Source of the DNA: an uncultured Thiopseudomonas sp.
Lineage (GTDB): Bacteria > Pseudomonadota > Gammaproteobacteria > Pseudomonadales > Pseudomonadaceae
NCBI GenBank assembly: GCA_964516465.1
Contig: CAZEZR010000002.1
Span: forward strand, 3,327-67,326
Length of the DNA stretch: 64,000 nt
Reading direction: 5' to 3'
This document shows positions 41,092 through 51,096 of this stretch, in pieces. The position numbers were made by a program, and so were the translations under genes. Below the pieces are notes generated by a model. It searched no databases. It saw only the letters and a program-made list of their open reading frames with translations, and was not told the origin of the DNA. Numbering within the stretch: position 1 is the stretch's first letter; each line of letters begins with the position of its first letter.

Positions 41092-41585
41092 TGCTCGTCC
41101 CCTATCTGGGGATCGCCATCGCGTAAACGATCAAACAGGTTTTGTGTGCAGCGCACGATAATGGCACAGGCTAATACCGGTAGCCAAATTAAGTAAATCC
41201 AAGTTGGATAGCCCAAACCCGGTGACAGAGATTCCCACGAGTATTCTTCATAAGTGAGCAATCCGCCATACCAAACCACCAAGCCCAGTACCACCACGGT
41301 GCCGAGCCACTGCAAGATATACACGACCCGACGTCCAGCTAAGCCCAAATAGTTTTCTAACAGGGTGATACGAATATGTTCATTGCTGCGTGCCGCAACT
41401 GCTGCACCAGCAAAGGCCAATACCACCATTAAAAAAACGGAAAATTCTTCAGTAAACGCAAAAGATGCGTTAGTGGTATAGCGCACCACAACGTTGGCCA
41501 AGCTAATCATACTAATCCCAGCCAAAGCGATAATGCCCAGCCACGATTCGAGGGAGATTGGTTTCTTTGACATAAATAACTGCAA
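41088..41585 (-). CDS. TRAP transporter small permease (DctQ family)
   Basis: NVVVRY, TEEFS, HIRI; four TM segments; start probably 41573. Confidence 0.92.
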   Translation of the reverse strand: MQLFMSKKPISLESWLGIIALAGISMISLANVVVRYTTNASFAFTEEFSVFLMVVLAFAGAAVAARSNEHIRITLLENYLGLAGRRVVYILQWLGTVVVLGLVVWYGGLLTYEEYSWESLSPGLGYPTWIYLIWLPVLACAIIVRCTQNLFDRLRDGDPQIGDEQ

Positions 41586-41594
41586 CCAGAGAAG

Positions 41595-41637
41595 CTAAAA
41601 CCCAGCGCCGATTAGAGGTACCGGGACTGGGTTTTAG
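41595..41637 (-). terminator. Intercistronic stem-loop between the dctP-like and dctQ-like genes
   Basis: CTAAAACCCAG ... CTGGGTTTTAG; typical position for tuning excess binding protein. Confidence 0.6.
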
Positions 41638-41649
41638 AGTAAGTGTAAA

Positions 41650-42654
41650 TTAGCGGTTTTTAATGGCGTCTTGTGCGCTATCAACCAGTTTTTTACCGAT
41701 ACGCGGTGTCCATTTTTCATAGACTTTCTGCGTTGCATCAACAAACGCCTGATGCTGCTCGGGTGTGAGCTCAGTGACTTCGACACCACGCTCACGAATT
41801 GCTTGCAAAGTGTCAGCTAACTCAGAGCGGGACTTTTCGATTTCCCAAGCACCGGCATCAATCGCCGCTTGTTTAAGCAGTGCCTGATCATCTGCAGACA
41901 GCGTTGACCACACACGCTTACTTACACCGAAAATCAACGGATCATTCATGTAGTGCCACAGTGTCAAGTAATTCTGATTGGCACGATCAGCACGGGCCAC
42001 ATCAAACACCGCCAGCGGGTTTTCTTGACCATCAACTGCGCCGGTGGTGAGTGCTGGCAACGCATCGGTCCAACTCATTTGGGTGGGGTTGGCGCCTAAG
42101 GCATTAAAGGTATCCAAAAATAACGGTGAACCCACCACCCGTACTTTTAAACCTTTCAGGTCGGCGGGCTCGTTCAATACACCGCGGGAGTTAGAAATTT
42201 CACGGAAACCATTTTCACCCCAAGCCAAAGGCACCACACCTCGTTTTTCAATGGCAGCAAATACCATTTCTCCGGTCTCACCTTGGGTAATCGCATCGAC
42301 TGCGGCGTTATCCGGCATTAAAAACGGTAAGGAGAACAGATTGACTTCCGGCACTTGGGTCGACCAGTTAATGGTGGAACCTACCGCCATATCAATCAAA
42401 CCACTGCGCATCGCAGAAAACTCGCGAGTTTGGTCGCCGGAGACCAGCTGCGCATTTGGGTAAATTTTTAGCGTAATGCGACCTTCAGAACGTTCCTCTA
42501 CCAGCTCAGCCCATTTAGTCGCCGCTTGCCCCCAAGGGAAAGCTTCAGATAATACGGTGGAAACAGAAAACTCACGGGTTTCTTCAGCAAAAGTAGATGT
42601 AGCGCTAAAAGCTAAACAAGCAGCACTGAGTAACAGCCATTTTTTGATTCGCAT
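41650..42654 (-). CDS. TRAP solute-binding protein (DctP family)
   Basis: Signal peptide, GENGFREISN, DLKGLKVRV, GAVDGQENP; ATG 42654 behind GGAG. Confidence 0.95.
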   Translation of the reverse strand: MRIKKWLLLSAACLAFSATSTFAEETREFSVSTVLSEAFPWGQAATKWAELVEERSEGRITLKIYPNAQLVSGDQTREFSAMRSGLIDMAVGSTINWSTQVPEVNLFSLPFLMPDNAAVDAITQGETGEMVFAAIEKRGVVPLAWGENGFREISNSRGVLNEPADLKGLKVRVVGSPLFLDTFNALGANPTQMSWTDALPALTTGAVDGQENPLAVFDVARADRANQNYLTLWHYMNDPLIFGVSKRVWSTLSADDQALLKQAAIDAGAWEIEKSRSELADTLQAIRERGVEVTELTPEQHQAFVDATQKVYEKWTPRIGKKLVDSAQDAIKNR

Positions 42655-42888
42655 TGTAGTCTCCAACGTTATTTTGAGCGCACGATATTAGCAGAATATG
42701 TCGCCAAGGCTTTAGTTCGTTGGAGATATTTGCGAATAGATGAGCTCAATCTAACTGACATGCTGATACATTTTTTACTGCCCATTATTGCGTGAACTAG
42801 CGCTGTGACCCGCGTTGAACCCTTGATTATGCCCTGATGCTATAAATGTAACTGAGTGGACGAACACATAATAAGCCTGAGCATAGTC

Positions 42889-42955
42889 ATTTAACGTCTG
42901 GACTCACAATTCTGCATACCTATTACGCCGCTGCACGTTGAGCCACTGGTTAACT
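42889..42955 (-). mobile_element. attC-like site downstream of the cupin gene
   Basis: Minus strand: AGTTAAC-CAGTG-GCTCAACG ... GTGAGT-CCAGAC-GTTAAAT; the two R boxes pair at 6/7; L boxes pair with one extra base; 67 bp. Confidence 0.65.
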
Positions 42956-42969
42956 AGAATATTAAGCCG

Positions 42970-43299
42970 TTAATCCTTAAAAATTATTGTGAGCAAAACC
43001 ACTGAGTCTTCAACTGCTTTAACTAAATGCGGCTCATCAGGCATTAAATACAACAGCTGGTTCGGCAGCAAAACTTGTGTTTTACTCATTGCAGTACACT
43101 CAATTTTACCATTTATGCAATGCACAATAATGGGTCCTGTCACTTTGTGCTCTGGAATGTCTTTACCAGCTGGAATAACTAGACGAGCCAATTCCATTTC
43201 ATCTGTTTTCACAATGACTTTGGTTTTTTCATTGGGCATATCTTGTGCCCAAGTATCCAAGTCAACAACTTCAGCTGGGGATGCGTGATGTGTGGCCAT
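42970..43299 (-). CDS. Cupin-domain protein (cassette-like)
   Basis: PEHKVTGPIIVHCING.I, PDEPHLVKA; AGGAG RBS just after a GTTATAG core. Confidence 0.85.
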   Translation of the reverse strand: MATHHASPAEVVDLDTWAQDMPNEKTKVIVKTDEMELARLVIPAGKDIPEHKVTGPIIVHCINGKIECTAMSKTQVLLPNQLLYLMPDEPHLVKAVEDSVVLLTIIFKD

Positions 43300-43318
43300 G
43301 ATGATCTCCTAATATTTT

Positions 43319-43414
43319 CTATAACGCCTTAAAAAGAAAAAGTACAGATAGCTAAAATACAAACGTAGCGAGCGAGCCAGCTCTACTTTGTCTTTGTTGA
43401 TTAACGAATTAAAT
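43319..43414 (-). mobile_element. Degenerate attC-like site between the dehydratase and cupin genes
   Basis: Fills the whole intergenic gap; AAAGTAGAGCTGGCT pairs with AGCTATCTGTACTTT (12/15); ends AAGGC-GTTATAG; left core overlaps the TAA stop. Confidence 0.65.
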
Positions 43415-44404
43415 TATTTTCCCATCGCTAAATTCTTTAAGTTCATAAGCCTTTTTTAGCTCTTCAGGTGAAGCATTTGCACCACTGAACTGCAGGACCA
43501 CCTTCTTCCCTGCTAATTGCTCTCTCAGTTTCCATGCAGCCATAACCGTTGAGCTGCCAGCCCCCTCAACGAGGTTTCTTGTATGGTGTGCCGCTAACGC
43601 TATGCCTTGTAAAATCTCCTGCTCAGAAAGCAGGATAAAGTCTCTAAGAGCATCTTTATAGATAGCAAAGGTTGTTGGATACGCCGTACCTGTAGCAAAT
43701 CCACCGGCAAAGGTTTCATTAGGGCGTTCTAGTATCTCGCCGTGCTTCCATGAGTAATAGGCTGCCGATGATCGTTCTGCTTGCACAGCGTAAATATCAA
43801 CTGCTGGTGCAATCGTCTTCAATACTGTTACCGCAGATGCCACTTCACTGCCAGCCCCCAATGGTAGGATGAGCGCCTCAACCTCGGGTAATTCATCCAT
43901 GATTTCTAAAAATTCAGTGCCTACTCCATTAATCAGATGGGGCTCATTGGCCGGATGAACAGAGTAGTAACCTTGTGTTTGACTAATTTCAGCTACAACT
44001 AAGGATGATTCATCAAAGTTCCGACCGGCCTCCACCACTTCTACCCCAGCTTCCTGGATAAGATTAATCTTCACAGGGTTGGTGCCTTCTGGAACCACCA
44101 CTATTGCGGGAAGTTCAAAAAGTCTGGCTGAAGTTGCCACCGATACGCCATGATTGCCGGTGGAGAAAGTTACCACGCCTTTAATTCCTGCTTTTTTAAT
44201 ATGGGCCATAACATTAATACCACCACGGATTTTGAAGCTGCCGGTGATGTTTTGGTTCTCATGTTTAATATAGGCATCAAAGCCTAGCAATTTAGACAAG
44301 CCTGCATACTTGCGCAGCGAAGATGGCTTTAAATACTGCGCGACTATTTTTCTTGCCTTAAAAACTTCGCGCAATGAGATTGGATGGTTTTTTAATTCTT
44401 CCAT
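43409..44404 (-). CDS. PLP-dependent threonine/serine dehydratase-like enzyme without regulatory domain (cassette-like)
   Basis: KHEN.NITGSFKIRG PLP lysine, STGNHG, PLGAGS, VEGAGS, FSGAN. Confidence 0.9.
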   Translation of the reverse strand: MEELKNHPISLREVFKARKIVAQYLKPSSLRKYAGLSKLLGFDAYIKHENQNITGSFKIRGGINVMAHIKKAGIKGVVTFSTGNHGVSVATSARLFELPAIVVVPEGTNPVKINLIQEAGVEVVEAGRNFDESSLVVAEISQTQGYYSVHPANEPHLINGVGTEFLEIMDELPEVEALILPLGAGSEVASAVTVLKTIAPAVDIYAVQAERSSAAYYSWKHGEILERPNETFAGGFATGTAYPTTFAIYKDALRDFILLSEQEILQGIALAAHHTRNLVEGAGSSTVMAAWKLREQLAGKKVVLQFSGANASPEELKKAYELKEFSDGKII

Positions 44405-44424
44405 TGTCCTGCGTACCCCTCGTC

Positions 44425-44479
44425 GTCTAACGCATCAAGCAGCCGACCAAAAGTACTCGACTGACTTAGTTTGTTCTGT
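44425..44479 (-). mobile_element. Short attC-like site upstream of the dehydratase
   Basis: Minus strand: ACAGAAC-AAACT-AAGTCAGT-CGA ... TCG-GCTGCTT-GATGC-GTTAGAC; extra base at position 4 of the left L box; perfect GTTRRRY 20 nt before the ATG. Confidence 0.7.
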
Positions 44480-44939
44480 GCCTGGCCCAGAATGGCAAAA
44501 CATTTTTACTTGCCTCAACGCCAGTCTTTACTTATAGCGAACCCCTTATGCTTGTTCATCTTTTTTACCATACAAAGTGTCAGAATTAACCAGGACTTAT
44601 TATGAGTCTAGGAGACGAAAGGTTGCGCAAGAGTAAAAAGCTCGCTGTGAAGTTATCTAAACTTGGCCACCCCCACATTCGGTAAAGAAGAACAATCACT
44701 GCTGTTTTCTTGCCATCAATACATATGTTTGCCATGGTTACGCTAAATGTAATCTTGTATGGGTCGCCGAACCGCAGCTTGAGCGAACAGGACCCAACTG
44801 TGCAAAATACCCATCAATGTAAGTAAAGGGAGATACTAATAAACACACAACAGCCAGCTATAGCACTATATAAGCGATAAAACGAACCGACAGATTCAAT
44901 GCAATAAAAAACAAAATCGAAAATTCTGAAGGAGAAATT

Positions 44940-45956
44940 ATGAACTTCTATAAAAAACTGTGCGCTGCTGCAGTCTTTGCTCTTGTCACCGCGACTGGCG
45001 TGGCAAGTGCAGAAACATGGCGCTTTGGTCTCGAGGAAATCGAGGGCAGCGTCCAAGCAAAATATGCAGAGGCGTTTAAGGAACTCATAGAAGAAAAAAG
45101 TGGCGGTGATATCACCGTGCAATTGCTGCCTTATGGTAAATGGGGTTCCAGCTATTCTGAGCTGTACGATGCCATCCAAGGGGGTGCTATCCAGATCGGC
45201 TTTGGCTCGGGTGCTTTGGGCGGCACTGTACCCGAGAGTCAGTTGCTCAGCCTGAACTTCGTTATGCCCAACGATCAGCTTGAAACCGTTAAAGTACTCA
45301 ACTCGCCAGAGTTTCTTGACAGCGAACCTTGGCAGCAGTCTTTCCGCCAACGGGGACTGGTACCTTTAGCTGAACTAGCAGAAGGTTATCAAGTATGGAC
45401 CTCCAATAAAGCCATTGAGAGCCCTGCTGATATGAACAACCTGGCGATCCGAGTGATGGACAATAGCCTATTGCGCTCCACCTACAATGCCTACGGCGCA
45501 TCGCCGATCACCATTGCCTATGGCGAGCTCTACAGTGCACTGCAGCAAGGACAGGCCGAAGGCAATATTCAGCCGGTGTTTGCCCATGAAGAAATGGGTT
45601 TCTACGAAGTGCAGAAAAACATGATCTTCGCCGGCCAAGCGCAGTTTGTCGCCACACTGATGGGCAATCTGGACTGGTATGAAGGGCTTTCCGATAAAGA
45701 GCAAGCCATGCTCAAGGATGTGACCAGCCAGCTGGTGCAGACCGGTCACGACATCCAGAGCAAGTTTAACCAAGAGCGTTTGGATACCATCAAGTCGAAA
45801 AGTGATATTAATATTATCGAGCTCAATGACGAGCAGCAGGACGCATTCCGCAAGCTGGCTGAGCCCGTGCGTCAAGTCTTTATTGATGAGGTTGGCGAGC
45901 GCGGTAAGCAGTCACTGGATATTTTATTACGTGAGTACGGCATGTCCGACTCTTAA
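44940..45956 (+). CDS. TRAP solute-binding protein, TeaA/UehA-like subgroup
   Basis: Signal peptide, WRFGLEEIEGSVQ, IRVMDNSLL, YGELYSALQ, GFYEVQ. Confidence 0.85.
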   Translation: MNFYKKLCAAAVFALVTATGVASAETWRFGLEEIEGSVQAKYAEAFKELIEEKSGGDITVQLLPYGKWGSSYSELYDAIQGGAIQIGFGSGALGGTVPESQLLSLNFVMPNDQLETVKVLNSPEFLDSEPWQQSFRQRGLVPLAELAEGYQVWTSNKAIESPADMNNLAIRVMDNSLLRSTYNAYGASPITIAYGELYSALQQGQAEGNIQPVFAHEEMGFYEVQKNMIFAGQAQFVATLMGNLDWYEGLSDKEQAMLKDVTSQLVQTGHDIQSKFNQERLDTIKSKSDINIIELNDEQQDAFRKLAEPVRQVFIDEVGERGKQSLDILLREYGMSDS

Positions 45957-46005
45957 TACAAACTCAGCAGCACAGGTGCGCTAGCAGCACCTGATGCCTG
46001 AACCT

Positions 46006-46048
46006 AAAGCCGGTGGCGCCGATGTATAACCAGCGCACCGGCTTTTTT
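46006..46048 (+). terminator. Intrinsic terminator, possibly bidirectional
   Basis: AAAGCCGGTG ... CACCGGCTTTTTT. Confidence 0.8.
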
Positions 46049-46067
46049 GTTGCTGCTCAGCAAGCCT

Positions 46068-47351
46068 TCAATTGCCGCCCAACGATGGCAAGAACAGCGA
46101 GATCTGTGGAAACAAAATCAAAATAACTGTGGCCAGCAGTAAAATAAAGACAAAGGGTGGCGTGCCGCGAATAACATCCATATACGGTCGACGAAACACC
46201 GCAATTGCCGTGAAGATATCGCAACCAAACGGCGGTGTTGCCGAACCTATCGCCGCCTGTAGCGTAACAATGACACCCACATGAATTGGGTCCAGGCCTG
46301 TGGACTGGATCAAGGGTTTAAAAATAGGCACCAAAATAAGAATGACCACAATCGGATCGACAAACATACAACCGATGAAAAATGCGACGGCAATCAGCAA
46401 CAGTGCGAGGGTCTGGTTGTCGCCAACCCGCTCTATAGTCGGACCAAGCAGTTGCTCTGGGATGCCTGCGGTGCCCAGCGCTTGGGAAAATGCTGCACCG
46501 ATGGCCACTAAAATAAATACCACTGCGGTAATCATACCGGTCGACAGCGCCAAACTGCCAAGGTCGCGAATAGAAACCTTTCTGTAAATCACTACCTCGA
46601 GCAACAATGCATAAGCCACCGCAACCGCTGAGGCTTCAACGGCACTGAAATAACCACCGTATATTCCGCCGACCACAATAACTGGGAAGCCCATCGGCAA
46701 AATGGCTTTGCGCAAAGCTCTGAAACGCTCCGACCACGCCGCTTTCGGATCTGAGGACATCCCTTTGATGCGTGCCCATAAATAACAATAGGCCGAAAAC
46801 ATCAGCATAATCATCAGTCCCGGCAAAATCCCCGCCAAAAACAGATCGCCGATCGAGGTTTTCATCACCACCCCATAGATGATGAAGCCGATGCTCGGGG
46901 GAATCAGTAGCGCAACATCACTGGCATTAATGATCAACGCTAAGGTAAAGGAGTCTGGGTAACCCTTAGCCAGCAGGCGCGGACGCATTGGCCCGCCCAT
47001 AGCGACCACAGTTGCTTGGGTTGAGCCTGAGACGGCCCCAAACAGGGCGCAAGAAATGGCGGTGGTGATCGGCAGTCCACCGCGAATATGGCGGGTAAAA
47101 GAATCAACCAAGTCAAGCAGCCGATTTGCGGTATGGCCCTTGGTCAGGATGTCGGCGGCAAAAATAAACATCGGCACGGCAGCCAGTACCCAGCTGCTCA
47201 CACCATTGGCCATCCAGCTGATGGCCTGATCCGGACCAAAAAAAGTCATATCCGTGAACATCATAAAGAGTGTACCCACGGCTAAGGGCACCATCATCGG
47301 AAACCCAAGCAAGAGCAGCACCAGCATAATTACGCACAATAGGATCAGCAT
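46068..47351 (-). CDS. TRAP large permease, TeaC/UehC-like
   Basis: AVPMFIFAADI, SGSTQATVVA, LLIPPSIG, IGSATPPFGCDIFTA. Confidence 0.92.
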   Translation of the reverse strand: MLILLCVIMLVLLLLGFPMMVPLAVGTLFMMFTDMTFFGPDQAISWMANGVSSWVLAAVPMFIFAADILTKGHTANRLLDLVDSFTRHIRGGLPITTAISCALFGAVSGSTQATVVAMGGPMRPRLLAKGYPDSFTLALIINASDVALLIPPSIGFIIYGVVMKTSIGDLFLAGILPGLMIMLMFSAYCYLWARIKGMSSDPKAAWSERFRALRKAILPMGFPVIVVGGIYGGYFSAVEASAVAVAYALLLEVVIYRKVSIRDLGSLALSTGMITAVVFILVAIGAAFSQALGTAGIPEQLLGPTIERVGDNQTLALLLIAVAFFIGCMFVDPIVVILILVPIFKPLIQSTGLDPIHVGVIVTLQAAIGSATPPFGCDIFTAIAVFRRPYMDVIRGTPPFVFILLLATVILILFPQISLFLPSLGGN

Positions 47352-47363
47352 ATTTCGCTCCGG

Positions 47364-48017
47364 TCAGTCGATTGTTGGTTTTTTGTTATGGACCGAGATG
47401 CCCTTTGGGCAGTGGTGTTCATCAGTGTTATCGAGCGGTATATCTGCATACTCTTCTTTTTCACGAAAGGAGCGGTAGATATCATCACTGAGCAGATTAC
47501 GTATGACGGTCAAGCTGTATTGAATACCCGCCAAGCTGAAGCCCACGGGTAGCGCCAGATTGATAACCCACATCGGAATACTCAGCGCAGAACTGGTGCG
47601 CCCGCGCGCATAAAGGGCAAGATCGTATTGCGCTGATTTGTAAGCAAAGTAAAACATCAAGGCCGCAGTACCGACACTGATAGTGATAAGCAGTGCTTTG
47701 CGCAAGCGTCCACTGAGAAGGTCATACACCGCCGACATGCGGATATGTCGTGCGTGGCGAGCAGCGTAACCGACGCCAACGAAGGTGATAATCACAATCA
47801 GCATTTCGGTAATTTCGTAGGTGCCGGGAATGCCGCGATTGAACAGAAGATTACCGACCACGTGGGCACTCATAAGAAATGCCATTAGCAGCACGCAACT
47901 AGCAATGGTCGTGCGCTCAATCCAACCGAGCCCCTGATCGATTGAATCAAGCACCGCAAGAAAGGCATTGTGCTTAAGCTCTCCTTGGCTGCCGTCGGTT
48001 TTATCCGAGTCGTCCAT
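47364..48017 (-). CDS. TRAP small permease, TeaB/UehB-like
   Basis: YAARHARHIRMSAVYD, GIQYSLT; four TM segments. Confidence 0.9.
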   Translation of the reverse strand: MDDSDKTDGSQGELKHNAFLAVLDSIDQGLGWIERTTIASCVLLMAFLMSAHVVGNLLFNRGIPGTYEITEMLIVIITFVGVGYAARHARHIRMSAVYDLLSGRLRKALLITISVGTAALMFYFAYKSAQYDLALYARGRTSSALSIPMWVINLALPVGFSLAGIQYSLTVIRNLLSDDIYRSFREKEEYADIPLDNTDEHHCPKGISVHNKKPTID

Positions 48018-48340
48018 GTATTCCCCCTGTATGCAGACGGCCGTTAATACTGCTTAGAATGAGGCCGCGCCGCTGCGCTGATCGCGTCTAAATCTATCTA
48101 AGTTATTATTGAGATTTGTCAATATACAAAAGAAAGGGTACAGCCAACAGAGCGCATTCGCCACCCTCAGTTGGCTTTCTATGGCTTTAACCAGACCCTA
48201 CGAATCAGTATGAGTATTGGCCAGTTGATCAGTTAACCGTTGCTGTTTATCCTCCTCGCGCAGCAATAGTTCGGCAGTAGAAGCTCCATGGCTCACGGAG
48301 GATTCGGCTGAAATCTGCGCGTCTTATTACCCAGCCCCTT

Positions 48341-50113
48341 TTATATTTCATAGGCCTTACGGTAGCTGCCTTGGTAATCAAAAATCCGCTCTTGCACCTG
48401 CCAGTAGTGTTTGTTCTTGCGCGCAATGACAAAATCCGGAGCGGACAATAAGGTTTGCATCTTCAGCACTTGATCAAGCGTGCTGAATTCCTGCGGCGCT
48501 TGACCATTGGCTAAACGCCGGCCAAACAGCTTGTTGAAAACCTGGCGCTGCGCCGGTTTACTGAAATCAAAGGACTCACTGAGCTCCTCCCCATCCTCAG
48601 CGTGATAGGTGATTTTCAGCTTGCGGGCATTATTGCTGTGATTGGCACTGAGGGTGATTCCCGCGCAACGGATCACCATGGCATCTTTGAGTTTCAGCGC
48701 ATCGCGCAGCTGATCATCGGGGTCAATAATGGCTTTTTTACACTGGTGACAGTTACGGGCGGCGATATCATTTTCGCTGCTGCAGTGCGGGCACTCTTTG
48801 AAGCGAAAACGGTAATCACACTGTTCAAAGAATTGCACTGGCTCATCCTCTGCATCCCACCCCAGCAGCCCATGACAACGGCGGCCGTAATGCTCAGTGA
48901 CCTGCCCTGCACCGTCTGTTTTGCCCCAAAAGATATTGGCAAAACCACAGCCTGGACACAGCACTTGTACCGGCTCACTGTCGGAGTTGGGCTTTTTCTC
49001 CCCCACTTCAGGATGATACAAATTGACATTATTGCCGGTGTAATCAATCACCAAGCAATCCTTTTTACCTTGGTCCAGACGCAAGCCACGGCCGACAATT
49101 TGTTGATACAAACTGACCGACTGAGTCGGCCGCAAAATAGCGATAAAGTCCACATGGGGCGCATCAAAACCAGTGGTGAGCACCGACACATTGACCAGAT
49201 ACTTTAATTGCCGTTGTTTAAAACGCTGAATCAGCTGATCCCGCTCGCGCTGATCAGTGGCACCGGTAATCAAGGCGGTCTGCTCTTGCGGCAGATAACC
49301 GGTGATCTCCTTAGCATGCTCCACGGTTGCGGCAAAGATCATCACTGCCTGACGTTTAACCGCTAGCTCTATCACCTGCTCAATTATGGCGCGGGTGACC
49401 CTTTGATGTTTACCCAGCAGCTCATTCACATGCTTTTCTGCGTACTCACCAAAGCGGTTCTGCGCCAGCGCGGAGAAATCGTATTGCGCCACTGCTGCAT
49501 CAACCAACTCAGGCTTGGTCAGATAACCGCGACTGATCATATAAATCAGCGGCAGCTCATAAATGCAATGCACAAAAGGCTTATCCTCTTCGCTGCGGAC
49601 AAAGCCTCGGTAGTGATAGCGATAGATCCAGCCCATGCCTAAACGATAGGGTGTGGCGGTCAACCCCAGCACTTTCAGGCCTTTATTTTGTTGCCGCAGT
49701 TGCTCAATAATCCGCTGATACTGACTGTCCTCCTCCCCACTGACCCGATGGCATTCATCAATAATGATCAAAGAGTATTCATCTTTAAACTGTTCAAGAT
49801 TCGCCGCCACCGACTGCACACTGGCAAAGGTCACCTGATAACGGTTTTCCTTACGCTTTAATCCGGCAGAGAAAACACCGCCCACCACCCCATAGCTCTG
49901 GTATTTGGCATGGTTTTGCTCAACCAGCTCTTTGACGTGAGTGACCACCAGAATTTTACGCCGCGCCAAACGGGCCAGCTCGGCAATCACCAGACTTTTA
50001 CCGGCACCGGTGGGCAAGACAATCACCGCCGACTGATCGGATTTGCGAAAGTGTTTTAAAGTGGCATCCACGGCTTCCTGCTGGTAAGGCCGCAGTTTAA
50101 AAGGCGTATTCAT
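48341..50113 (-). CDS. radD: SF2 helicase RadD/YejH with zinc finger
   Basis: LRPYQ, PTGAGKS, DECH, TATP, LTTGFDAP, QIVGRGLR, CPGCGFAN.FWGK, CPHC..END. Confidence 0.9.
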   Translation of the reverse strand: MNTPFKLRPYQQEAVDATLKHFRKSDQSAVIVLPTGAGKSLVIAELARLARRKILVVTHVKELVEQNHAKYQSYGVVGGVFSAGLKRKENRYQVTFASVQSVAANLEQFKDEYSLIIIDECHRVSGEEDSQYQRIIEQLRQQNKGLKVLGLTATPYRLGMGWIYRYHYRGFVRSEEDKPFVHCIYELPLIYMISRGYLTKPELVDAAVAQYDFSALAQNRFGEYAEKHVNELLGKHQRVTRAIIEQVIELAVKRQAVMIFAATVEHAKEITGYLPQEQTALITGATDQRERDQLIQRFKQRQLKYLVNVSVLTTGFDAPHVDFIAILRPTQSVSLYQQIVGRGLRLDQGKKDCLVIDYTGNNVNLYHPEVGEKKPNSDSEPVQVLCPGCGFANIFWGKTDGAGQVTEHYGRRCHGLLGWDAEDEPVQFFEQCDYRFRFKECPHCSSENDIAARNCHQCKKAIIDPDDQLRDALKLKDAMVIRCAGITLSANHSNNARKLKITYHAEDGEELSESFDFSKPAQRQVFNKLFGRRLANGQAPQEFSTLDQVLKMQTLLSAPDFVIARKNKHYWQVQERIFDYQGSYRKAYEI

Positions 50114-50258
50114 TTTACCGTGCTTAAGGTGGTTAGGATTAAAACAGTCATACTAACAAATACTCTGACCTGCTAGCCTGTCAATCAATCTGATCCGGCT
50201 ATTGAGGTGACTTAAATGACCGCAATGTCTGTATATTTCTCAGGAGCGCTTCAAGCTT

Positions 50259-50792
50259 ATGAATGAAAACTTAAAGACCCAAGGCCCCACCATCGCTGAA
50301 GAGCAACTGATTGATGTCTATCGATCCGTTGAGGATCAGCCTTCATCTTGGCTGGTGATCAGCGATCAAGTGATGGGTGGCGTATCCACTGCGGCACTGC
50401 GCCAAGACCAGCGTCATAATTCGAGCTGTAGCTGTTTAGTCGGCCGCACCAGCCTGGATAATAATGGCGGTTTTGTGCAGATGAGGCTTGATATCGAGCC
50501 GGATTGGTTGCGCGCTGACTACCGAGGCGTATTCATCGAGCTGTATGGCACCGCGCACGATTATAATCTGCATGTAAAAACTAATCAGCTGACAAGGCCT
50601 TGGCAATCCTTTCGCTGCACCTTAGCAGTGGAGCCGCAATGGACGCGTTTTATTGTGCCTTACGCACAACTGCAGGCGCACCGCACCGACGCTGAACTGC
50701 AACCTACAGAGATCAGAAGCGTTGCTGTGGTGGCCATTGGTGAGGAGTTTGATGTGGATGTTTGTGTGCGACGATTGGGCTTTTTTCGCTAA
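50259..50792 (+). CDS. CIA30-family protein
   Basis: W.VISDQVMGGVS, SLDNNGGFVQ, PWQSFR. Confidence 0.88.
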   Translation: MNENLKTQGPTIAEEQLIDVYRSVEDQPSSWLVISDQVMGGVSTAALRQDQRHNSSCSCLVGRTSLDNNGGFVQMRLDIEPDWLRADYRGVFIELYGTAHDYNLHVKTNQLTRPWQSFRCTLAVEPQWTRFIVPYAQLQAHRTDAELQPTEIRSVAVVAIGEEFDVDVCVRRLGFFR

Positions 50793-51096
50793 CTCCGCGA
50801 GATTAAGACTGGCGGCTGGCTAGTTTTTTGCAATAGAACATCCTTTAGTTGCTTAACTGTCTCAAACAATGCGGCTTTGTTTAGACTGGTTTATTTGTTA
50901 CAGAAACTGGACAGTTTCATGGTATGACCCTACTCTCGATAGGTGGATTGTGAACGAGCGTCTCGAAACCATCCGGATTGCATGTGCATATCTCAAGGTC
51001 AAACTACGTACCACTGACTCCGCGTTTTCGAGCGCCGCCATAAGCACTATGTAGGCAGTCTGTGCCTCGCGATAAAAACTAAAAGGACGCCCAAAA

